A stretch of 64,000 bases of DNA from Candidatus Poribacteria bacterium. GTDB lineage: Bacteria > Poribacteria > WGA-4E > WGA-3G. The notes under the pieces were generated by a model. That model had not been told where the DNA came from. It saw only the letters and a program-made list of their open reading frames with translations, and did not search any database. Where the stretch lies: assembly GCA_963663765.2 (NCBI GenBank), contig CAXXUA010000004.1:608001-672000 (forward strand). The letters are read 5' to 3'. This document shows, one piece after another, positions 38,685 through 47,199 of this stretch; within the stretch, counting starts at the first letter, position 1; every line of letters begins with the position of its first letter. The translations under genes were made by a program, and so were the position numbers.

Positions 38685-39712
38685 AATTTAACCCCTTTTT
38701 CTCCGCATTCTATTTCACCTATAATGAAAGCCGTTTCTTCTAATACGTTTAAAGAATCTATTGCAGCAGAAATGTCTTCAGGTTTAAGTATCAGAACAAT
38801 TCCAACCCCCATATTAAAGACTTTGTACATCTCAGTTTCTTCAACGTTGCCTTCACTTTGAAGTAGTTTGAAAATTGGTGGTACATCCCAATTCTGTGTA
38901 TAAATTCTTGCGCAACAACCGTCAGGTAGGATTCTTACAATATTCCCAGGCAACCCTCCACCAGTTATGTGTGCTATGCCTTTTATTTCATAATACTTGC
39001 GCAGGTTCAAGATAGATTTCACATAACTTTTATGGTTTCTTAGTAGTTCATTTCCAACAGTTGTAGAAAGTTCAGGTACATAAGTATCAATATCATACAT
39101 ACAACGATCAAAAAGAATTTTTCGTGCCAGAGAATATCCATTAGTATGCAGCCCTGTAGATGCTAATCCAACTAACACATCTCCGGGTTTAATGTCACGA
39201 CCAGCAATGAGTGCATCTTTTTCAACAACACCGATGATAGTTCCGACCAAATCGTATTCGTTTTGTTTGTATAAACCAGGGAGTTCTGCTGTTTCCCCAC
39301 CAATTAAAGCACATCCAATCTCCTTACAACCTTTAGTTAGACCTACCATAATTTGTTCAACAACAGCAGGATCCATTTTCCCTATACCGATATAATCCAA
39401 AAAGAAAAGCGGTTCAGCCCCTTGTACGACGATGTCATTTCCACAATGTGTTACAATATCATATCCGACTGTATCGTGTTTATTTGCTTTAAATGCAACC
39501 ATTAGCTTTGTGCCGACACTATCAGTGCTTGACACGAGCACTGGTTTCTCATATTTACCCAGAGCGAACAATCCACCAAAACTACCTAAGTCACTAACAA
39601 CTTCAGGACGGTAAGTAGATTTCACAAGGTCTCTTATGCGGTGCATAGCCTTGCTTTCTTCTTCAAATGAGACACCTGCATGCGCATAAGTCAAGGGTAT
39701 CTTGTCAGCCAT
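38666..39712 (-). CDS. purM: Phosphoribosylformylglycinamidine cyclo-ligase
   Basis: TYAHAGV, GSFGGLF, STDSVGTK, GAEPLFFLDY, GGETAELPG, GLHTNGYS, HITGGG, FNMGVG. Confidence 0.98.
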   Translation of the reverse strand: MADKIPLTYAHAGVSFEEESKAMHRIRDLVKSTYRPEVVSDLGSFGGLFALGKYEKPVLVSSTDSVGTKLMVAFKANKHDTVGYDIVTHCGNDIVVQGAEPLFFLDYIGIGKMDPAVVEQIMVGLTKGCKEIGCALIGGETAELPGLYKQNEYDLVGTIIGVVEKDALIAGRDIKPGDVLVGLASTGLHTNGYSLARKILFDRCMYDIDTYVPELSTTVGNELLRNHKSYVKSILNLRKYYEIKGIAHITGGGLPGNIVRILPDGCCARIYTQNWDVPPIFKLLQSEGNVEETEMYKVFNMGVGIVLILKPEDISAAIDSLNVLEETAFIIGEIECGEKGVKLCQNHF

Positions 39713-40143
39713 CATCTATTATTCCTATTGTTAGGATGATTAGGAGCAAAAGTGTGTGAATTTTGTCTATTTGATGCTGATGTTTCTCGTTTTGTTCTGT
39801 TTCGGAGTATGACACCTTTCAGTAAACTAACTACAAGAAACAGTAATGTAATTGCAATTGCGCCAATCATGCCATAATATTGTGCGTCATCTTTTTGCAT
39901 TTCAGGTTGTATCATTTGGATGACGATTGGGAGTAACCACGCCAATACCATACCCATAATTGAATACATGAGTATGAGTTTTAACGTTGAGACACCTTGT
40001 TTGGTTCCGAGTTGATTTTTCACAATTTTTCCAAATCCAGGTCTTGCGATCTTTTCTCTTCTTAGTCTTCTTTGTTCTCTAATTTCTCTATTTTTCCACT
40101 CTTGTAGTTTATCGGGTTGCTGCGTTGGTGGTATAAAATCCAT
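39712..40143 (-). CDS. Hypothetical membrane protein (2 TM)
   Basis: Two hydrophobic segments; AAGGA RBS; coupled to purM. Confidence 0.75.
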   Translation of the reverse strand: MDFIPPTQQPDKLQEWKNREIREQRRLRREKIARPGFGKIVKNQLGTKQGVSTLKLILMYSIMGMVLAWLLPIVIQMIQPEMQKDDAQYYGMIGAIAITLLFLVVSLLKGVILRNRTKRETSASNRQNSHTFAPNHPNNRNNR

Positions 40144-40246
40144 TGTTTATTCCTTATTGATTTTAGGAACAGTTCAATTTCCTACATAAGTATATTTCTT
40201 CATTACTGATGTTGACTTGTAGCGTAAACTTCTTTCTACTTAAAGG

Positions 40247-40412
40247 GAGGAGTTACGCAGTTTTCTTGATTTAATCAAAAATTATGATGTAAATGATGTA
40301 ATTATCAGCATTTTTATGGGTTTCCAGCGCGCTTACAAAGCACTAAATCAAGAAATCAACGGTATGAATGCCAGTTAGGAATTCACCGTCTACCGTTTTT
40401 GCGTAAGTCCTG
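40247..40412. mobile_element. MITE family 1 copy (degenerate left end)
   Basis: GAGGAGTTACGCA...TGCGTAAGTCCTG; 5-bp duplication AAAGG (40242-40246, 40413-40417). Confidence 0.8.
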
Positions 40413-40432
40413 AAAGGAATTAAAGGAATTTA

Positions 40433-41836
40433 TTAGGAAATTAATGGCAATTGTCGTGGTATACTTTCATTCAAAGAAATACGATAATCACCATCAAAAC
40501 ATGCAGTGCAAAAATTGTTAGGATTTTTTACTGAATTTAGCATTCCTTCAATACTGACATAACCTAAACTGTCTGCTCTGATATACTTACGGATTTCTTC
40601 AATTGTATGTTTGCTGGCAATGAGTTCTGCTCGTGTGGGAGTGTCAACACCGTAGAAACATGGATACTTATTTGGAGGTGATGCGATTCGGACATGTACT
40701 GCGGTTGCACCGCCTTGGCGGACAATTTTTACAAGTGAACGACTATTTGTACCCCGCATGATTGAATCGTCAACCACCACAACCCGTTTCCCTTGAAGAA
40801 CCTCATTGATAGGATTTAATTTAACCTTCACCATGAGTTCTCTTATATTCTGTGTAGGGTTCATAAATGAACGACCCACGAAAGCATTTCTGGATAAACC
40901 AAGATCAAATGGAATACCAGATTCTTCTGCGTAACCGAGTGCAGCGATGGTAGCGGAATCGGGAACTGGTATGACTAAATCTGCTTTTACAGGATGTTCT
41001 CGTGCAAGTTGTCTACCGAACTCGCGCCGCGTACTATTGACACCATGACCAAACATCATACCATCAGGTCGTGCAAGATAGATGAATTCAAAGATACATT
41101 GAGATAATTGTTTTTGTTTTGGAGAGAAACGGAAGGATTCTAAACCAAGTTGTTTTGAACGAAAAGTAACCAATTCCCCTGGTTCTACTTCCCGTATAGG
41201 TTCAGCTTCAATCACATCAAGCGCACATGTTTCAGAAGATAAGACAAACGCATCCTTGAGTTTCCCTATCCATAAAGGACGAAATCCGTGTGGATCTCTT
41301 GCTCCCATTAGCGTTGTCTTGTCCATGCAAACGAATGAGTAAGCACCTTCAACTGCTCTAAACGCGTCAAATATTCTATCTTCTAAGCTGTCTTGTCTTG
41401 AATGTGCTATTAGATGGAAGACGACTTCTGTATCTAAAGTTGAACTAAAAATAGATCCGAGATTTTCAAGATGGTTACGGATCTGTAGTGCATTAACCAA
41501 ATTACCGTTGTGTCCAAGAGCAAGTGGTCCCTCTTTATAGTTTCGGACTAAAGGCTGTGCATTTTCAATATTGCTTTCACCTGCAGTTGAATATCGATTA
41601 TGTCCAATAGCAATGTTACCTGAAATTTTCGCTAATACATCCGTATTAAATACTGCATCAACGAGTCCCATCCCATGATGCTTGGTAAAACTTTCTCCGT
41701 CAGATGCGACGATTCCACTGCTTTCCTGACCACGATGTTGCAATGCTCGTAAACCTAAATATGTCAATTCAACTGCTCTCGGGTGTCCAAAAACACCGAA
41801 CACGGCACATTCATCCTTGGGCTTATCGTAGGGCAT
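40433..41836 (-). CDS. purF: Amidophosphoribosyltransferase
   Basis: Propeptide then ECAVFG, LQHRGQES, GHNRYST, HNGNL, VDDSIMRG, CFYGVD, CTACF. Confidence 0.98.
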   Translation of the reverse strand: MPYDKPKDECAVFGVFGHPRAVELTYLGLRALQHRGQESSGIVASDGESFTKHHGMGLVDAVFNTDVLAKISGNIAIGHNRYSTAGESNIENAQPLVRNYKEGPLALGHNGNLVNALQIRNHLENLGSIFSSTLDTEVVFHLIAHSRQDSLEDRIFDAFRAVEGAYSFVCMDKTTLMGARDPHGFRPLWIGKLKDAFVLSSETCALDVIEAEPIREVEPGELVTFRSKQLGLESFRFSPKQKQLSQCIFEFIYLARPDGMMFGHGVNSTRREFGRQLAREHPVKADLVIPVPDSATIAALGYAEESGIPFDLGLSRNAFVGRSFMNPTQNIRELMVKVKLNPINEVLQGKRVVVVDDSIMRGTNSRSLVKIVRQGGATAVHVRIASPPNKYPCFYGVDTPTRAELIASKHTIEEIRKYIRADSLGYVSIEGMLNSVKNPNNFCTACFDGDYRISLNESIPRQLPLIS

Positions 41837-41948
41837 TCGTTAGTGTTTCCTTTGGTAAAGGATTGGGTAAGTAAAATAAATTAACATTACACACTTAGGG
41901 AAATATCTTTAAGGAAATGAAGACTTCTGAAGTTATGCTAGGGATTTA

Positions 41949-42497
41949 TTATGTTTCTTGCACTTGAACTTCAGGATCTTCAATACTTGTTAACCTATAT
42001 CCTATTATAGCTCCGATAGGAATTGCTAATACATACAGTAATACAAGCGGTATACCGAGAATAGACCAAATACGGACAGGCAAAGACAACAGAAATGATA
42101 TTTTCTCTATCAAAGGAAGAATGATTTTTAGAAGAACGTTTGCGGGTAACTCTATATCCGACCAAGGAATATTTAGTAGTGCGACCAGTCCGACGATCGT
42201 AGGTGCTCCCAAAAATGCACCCGAACATACTGGTTTGAAAGGTATCTGATGCTTAAATTTTTGCCCAACAAACTGAATTCCTTTTGTCACACCGACTATT
42301 AAAATCCCATAAGAACAAGTAATTGAAATTAACAACAACAGACCAACCCAAAAACCGTGTGAAATCCTTTCATTAATTAGCAGTTGCCATAAGAATTTGT
42401 TAAATATAAGGAAATACACCAATCCTGCAGCAACAGCAATGACCACTCCCACAGCGATCTGAACAAGTGTCATTAGGACACTATTTCCTCGCGACAT
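41949..42497 (-). CDS. Hypothetical membrane protein
   Basis: Several hydrophobic helices; AGGAG RBS; minus-strand TTGACA-17-TATACT promoter at 42532-42560. Confidence 0.8.
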   Translation of the reverse strand: MSRGNSVLMTLVQIAVGVVIAVAAGLVYFLIFNKFLWQLLINERISHGFWVGLLLLISITCSYGILIVGVTKGIQFVGQKFKHQIPFKPVCSGAFLGAPTIVGLVALLNIPWSDIELPANVLLKIILPLIEKISFLLSLPVRIWSILGIPLVLLYVLAIPIGAIIGYRLTSIEDPEVQVQET

Positions 42498-42663
42498 TTC
42501 AACTCCTGTTAAACAAAATTCGTCTGTTTTAAGTATATCATGATGTCATATAATTGTCAAGATTTTAATATTGTTGATCAGGATTATTCAGTTTTAAGAA
42601 TTCTTTGTTGATGAATTTTACTTAATGTATACATCGTAGGTCGGGTAGAACGTGAGCGAAACC

Positions 42664-43783
42664 CATAGGTGTCAACTTAAGAAGAAAGTCAAGTGCTAAA
42701 TACCCCATCTCGGTAGGCGTGTTTTGTAAGTGCGCCGATAAACCCAGGATTGCCAACGGCGCGCTTACAAAGCACGCCTGCGGGGGAGTGCAGTTGAGGG
42801 GCGCGCTTACAAAGCACGCCTGCAGGGGAGTGCGGGTGAGTGCGGGGCGCGCTTACAAAGCACGCCTGCAAGGGAGTGCAGTTGAGGGGCGCGCTTACAA
42901 AGCACGCCTGCAGGGGAGCGCGGGTGAGTGCGGGGCGCGCTTACAAAGCACGCCTGCAGGGGAGGTGCGGGGTGAGTGCGGGGCGCGCTTACAAAGCACG
43001 CCTGCAGGGGAGGTGCGGGGTGAGTGCGGGGCGCGCTTACAAAGCACGCCTGCAGGGGAGTGCGGGGTGAGGTGCGGGGCGCGCTTACAAAGCACGCCTG
43101 CAGGGGAGTGCGGGGTGAGGTGCGGGGCGCGCTTACAAAGCACGCCTGCAGGGCAGTGCGGGTGAGTGCGGGGCGCGCTTACAAAGCACGCCTGCAAGGG
43201 AGTGCAATTGAGGGGCGCGCTTACAAAGCACGCCTGCAGGGGAGCGCGGGTGAGTGCGGGGCGCGCTTACAAAGCACGCCTGCAGGGGAGTGCGGGTGAG
43301 TGCGGGGCGCGCTTACAAAGCACGCCTGCAGGGGAGTGCGGGTGAGTGCGGGGCGCGCTTACAAAGCACGCCTGCAGGGGAGTGCGGGGTGAGTGCGGGG
43401 CGCGCTTACAAAGCACGCCTGCAGGGGAGGTGCGGGGTGAGTGCGGGGCGCGCTTACAAAGCACGCCTGCAGGGGAGGTGCGGGGTGAGTGCGGGGCGCG
43501 CTTACAAAGCACGCCTGCAGGGGAGCGCGGGTGAGTGCGGGGCGCGCTTACAAAGCACGCCTGCAGGGGAGCGCGGGTGAGTGCGGGGCGCGCTTACAAA
43601 GCACGCCTGCAGGGGAGTGCGGGTGAGTGCGGGGCGCGCTTACAAAGCACGCCTGCAGGGGAGTGCGGGTGAGTGCGGGTGAGTGCGGGGCGCGCTTACA
43701 AAGCACGCCTACCTTGAGTGAGAAAATCGTGATTACAAGGTTTCCCTCCTACAAGAATATGAATCGCTAAGTTGACACCTATG
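42664..43783. mobile_element. MITE family 5 (TIR CATAGGTGTCAACTTA) inserted in a REP stem
   Basis: 16-bp perfect TIRs; flanking 20-bp direct repeat GGTAGAACGTGAGCGAAACC (42644-42663, 43784-43803). Confidence 0.85.
42758..43712. repeat. Head-to-tail REP array, 21 units, mostly 42-48 bp
   Basis: Core GGCGCGCTTACAAAGCACGCCT + G-rich linker; inverted partner GTAGGCGTGTTTTGTAAGTGCGCC at 42713. Confidence 0.95.
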
Positions 43784-44035
43784 GGTAGAACGTGAGCGAA
43801 ACCCTACATTATAACCACAAACAATACATGTTAGGTTTTGCTCATGCTCTACCCCAACTATGCAATTAATTCACGAATACTAATAATATCTTCCAAAAAA
43901 CGAAAACAAAATAATCCTATAAAATTTATTTGCATGGTTTGCGAATTTTGTGATAGTATAATAAGCATGTCAACAAGGATTTTATGATTTGCGTTATACA
44001 TAGATGAAATACATAATATCCTATAGGAGAAAAAA

Positions 44036-44869
44036 ATGTTGAAAAAAATAGTTAAGGTCTTTGTGCCTTTTTTTTGTGTAATCTTTGTTGTAACGCAAAT
44101 TGGTTGTTATATAGACTCAGACGATGATAGGGACGGTGTAAATGTTGATGTTGATGTTGATCCACCCGCAATACCACGAGGAGTCAGAACTATAACAGGG
44201 GATGAGTATGTAATAATTGAGTGGTACCCAAATGGGGAAAACGATTTAGAAGGTTACAAAGTTTGGCGTGGAGAAGATGATATTAACTTTGACCTGATAG
44301 CTGATATCCTTTCCAGTGGATCAGAGGACAATGCGCGGGAACAGTATACTGATACAGATGTGCGAAATGGTAGTACCTATTTCTATGCGGTTACTGCTTA
44401 TGACATAAATGGTAACGAGAGCAAATTGAGTCCGGAAGAAGCGTGGGATACACCGCGACCTGAAGGGAAAAACATTACATTAGACGATTTTAACCTTGAA
44501 CCTGATCGAAGCGGTTTTGATTTTTCAAATGCCTTCAGAGGTGCGATTGCATGGAATGATAGAGAAACAGATGTCTATTTTGGATTAGAGTTAGAGACAA
44601 ATATCACCTATCTTTATTCTGACAATCAAACAGGGATGCAAGATTTGGGGTATCATGAATATTTTGATGATATTGATACTGTCCCGGAATTTGGTTATGT
44701 CACTTCGTTTGTTGAACTAGTGGAAGGACATGTTTACGCCTTTTATACTCCTGATGGGAATTTTGCAAAAATTCATGTGCGTGTATTAAATGATGAAAGT
44801 GTTGAATTTGATTGGGCATATCAAACTGAAGTAGAGAATATTCAATTAGCACCAGCACAATCTGAATAA
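44036..44869 (+). CDS. Lipoprotein with fibronectin type III-like domain
   Basis: Lipobox QIGC; IEW.PN...DLEGYKVWR, YTDTDV.NG.TYFYAVTAYD..GNES. Confidence 0.8.
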   Translation: MLKKIVKVFVPFFCVIFVVTQIGCYIDSDDDRDGVNVDVDVDPPAIPRGVRTITGDEYVIIEWYPNGENDLEGYKVWRGEDDINFDLIADILSSGSEDNAREQYTDTDVRNGSTYFYAVTAYDINGNESKLSPEEAWDTPRPEGKNITLDDFNLEPDRSGFDFSNAFRGAIAWNDRETDVYFGLELETNITYLYSDNQTGMQDLGYHEYFDDIDTVPEFGYVTSFVELVEGHVYAFYTPDGNFAKIHVRVLNDESVEFDWAYQTEVENIQLAPAQSE

Positions 44870-44909
44870 GAAAACACATGTGAATAAAGTTCAATATTAG
44901 ATCATATAT

Positions 44910-45445
44910 CAATACCTTCGCCATCTTTGAGTGCTTCAGTTGAATGAGTATATAGTGTTGATCTACCATTGCTCTGTGATATTGTTAGGATTACATAAAT
45001 AAAAATAACTTCAGGTTTTCGTTGAAGTATTTTTAATTATCATAGCGTCTAATTTGACGATAGAATCTGACAGAATAATTTATATGCACAATCTGGAAGA
45101 ATGTGCTACAACTACACGCACAATCTGGAAGAATGTGCTACAACTACACGCACAATCTGGAAGAATGTGCTACAACTACACGCACAATCTGGAAGAATGT
45201 GCTACAACTACACGCACAATCTGGAAGAATGTGCTACAACTACACGCACAATCTGGAAGAATGTGCTACAACTACACGCACAATCTGGAAGAATGTGCTA
45301 CAACTACACGCACAATCTGGAAGAATGTGCTACAACTACACGCACAATCTGGAAGAATGTGCTACAACTACACGCACAATCTGGAAGAATGTGCTACAAC
45401 TACACGCACAATCTGACAGAATGTCTATTATTGGCGAAGGTATTG
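44910..45445. mobile_element. MITE family 4 copy with 10 full 32-bp REP units (45086-45423)
   Basis: TIRs CAATACCTTCGCCA/TGGCGAAGGTATTG; 6-bp duplication ATATAT (44904-44909, 45446-45451). Confidence 0.9.
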
Positions 45446-45579
45446 ATATATAGAAAATATTTCAAAAGGAACAGCTTTGTTAGTATTCGTTTGTAGTAAT
45501 TTCTGCGATAGGTTTGTTCACATTGCAGTCTGTAGAACAATCTTTTGAGAATGCTATTTCATAACTCTTAGGAGAGAAT

Positions 45580-46191
45580 GTGTACAAATATAAATACATA
45601 CTTCTTTTGTTATTCACGTGTTTGTTTCTAATCACCAATCCGATGGATATATACTCAGAAGAGGAATCCTCTGACAGAAAACCGATTTCAAGACAGCAGA
45701 TAATAAGTACACAAGCAGATACATTAATAGAACCGGTGTATCCTCTATATCGTGAACATTCTTTACAATACTATCCCACTCGTAGCTCCCGGAAAGCAAA
45801 ATTGTTATCAGCAACAATGCCCGGATTAGGGCAAGCTTATGCAGATAATTATATTAAAGCTACACTTTTTCTTGCTACCGAGATAACTATATTTTCTTAT
45901 GCGGGTTATCACTTTGCACGTGCAATACATTATAGAAATCATAACACTTTCGGAACAGGATTTTATGATGAAAGGTCTGGTAATTTCTTAACCAAAGATC
46001 AAGTCAGTTCAAGAAGTGCAGATCACAACATCCGAGGCGTGCTTTTTCTCATAACTGGTATCGGAGTCCATGTGTGGAATATCCTTGATGCTTCAAAATC
46101 GGTTGATGCTTATAATAATCGAAGAATCTCCGTGCAAATGCAACATAATAAGTATGGTAGACATACATTCATTTTTACACATAGTTTTTAA
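45580..46191 (+). CDS. DUF5683-like membrane/secreted protein
   Basis: KAKLLSATMPGLGQAY and VWNILDA motifs. Confidence 0.65.
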   Translation: MYKYKYILLLLFTCLFLITNPMDIYSEEESSDRKPISRQQIISTQADTLIEPVYPLYREHSLQYYPTRSSRKAKLLSATMPGLGQAYADNYIKATLFLATEITIFSYAGYHFARAIHYRNHNTFGTGFYDERSGNFLTKDQVSSRSADHNIRGVLFLITGIGVHVWNILDASKSVDAYNNRRISVQMQHNKYGRHTFIFTHSF

Positions 46192-46314
46192 TTTTAATGT
46201 TGTTTGATGTATTGTATTTCAAGGACGGAACCATTCTTTTATATTGTTGAGATTATAGTGTGTTAATGTTTGTTATTTATTTCCGTATGTGCGTATTAAT
46301 TTCATACATAGTAA

Positions 46315-47199
46315 ATGATCCGAGAGGAGATTTTTCTTTGGAGTGGTATAGTGAAATATCTGAAGTACCTATTACTCGTTGTATTATTTTTCGGAATAAG
46401 TTTACCACTCTCAGAGATTGTAGCTGAGGAAGTTCAACCAAAAAGCAGTTCTGTACAGAAACGGACAAATATTGAGATTGCACTTGCTGATGTAGAAAAT
46501 ATATCAAAACAACCCCTCCGTGTTGGAGAAAAGTTAACTTACAATATTAAGGTGTCCTGGGTTCCTGTTTCAGCAGGAAAACGCGTTGACATGATAGAAA
46601 AGATATTACCAATTGAGAGGCAAAACGTTTACCATATCACTTCAGAAGCAAAAACAGGTAGAGTTGCTTCCAGAATACACCGCTTTCAGAACCGTCAATC
46701 GACTTTCTTGAATGTCAAAGAATTTATTCCTGTGAGTTTCAGAAACCAACTCCAGGACAAAAAATACAGAGCGCGTGTTGAAGTTAAGTTCAAAGATGAT
46801 AAGGCAGAATATGAAAAAATATCGCAGAACAATCCGAATGAACCAGAGAAACGTGAGAAAAAGGAAATAAAAATTCCTTTTGGGACACAAGATGAGTTGT
46901 CAATGGTGTACTTTATAAGATGTAAAAAACTGGAGATTGGAAAAACCTATTTCTTTCCCCTTATTGTCAAAGCAAAAGTAATAAAAGTAACCATAAGAGT
47001 GCATCGCGGTGAGGTATTAAAAGTGAAGGGATTAGGAAGAGTGCGAACTATTGTGGTGCAGACCTCACACGGTTATCGTCTTTGGTTGACCGATGATGCG
47101 AGACACATTCCCGTTAGAATTGAAGCGGAAGCAAAAATCGGTAAAATGAAAGCCAACCTTGAAAAAATAGAATTTGTTGGACAAGTAGCACGTCGGTAG
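46315..47199 (+). CDS. DUF3108-like exported protein
   Basis: GEKLTYNI, QDELSMVYFIR, LWLTDD.RHIPVRIE..KIG. Confidence 0.7.
   Translation: MIREEIFLWSGIVKYLKYLLLVVLFFGISLPLSEIVAEEVQPKSSSVQKRTNIEIALADVENISKQPLRVGEKLTYNIKVSWVPVSAGKRVDMIEKILPIERQNVYHITSEAKTGRVASRIHRFQNRQSTFLNVKEFIPVSFRNQLQDKKYRARVEVKFKDDKAEYEKISQNNPNEPEKREKKEIKIPFGTQDELSMVYFIRCKKLEIGKTYFFPLIVKAKVIKVTIRVHRGEVLKVKGLGRVRTIVVQTSHGYRLWLTDDARHIPVRIEAEAKIGKMKANLEKIEFVGQVARR

Noticed and set aside
42689-43580. Cys/Gly-rich repeat ORFs (and similar ones at 36283-36572 and 45054-45496)
   Set aside because: Lie wholly within REP arrays inside MITEs
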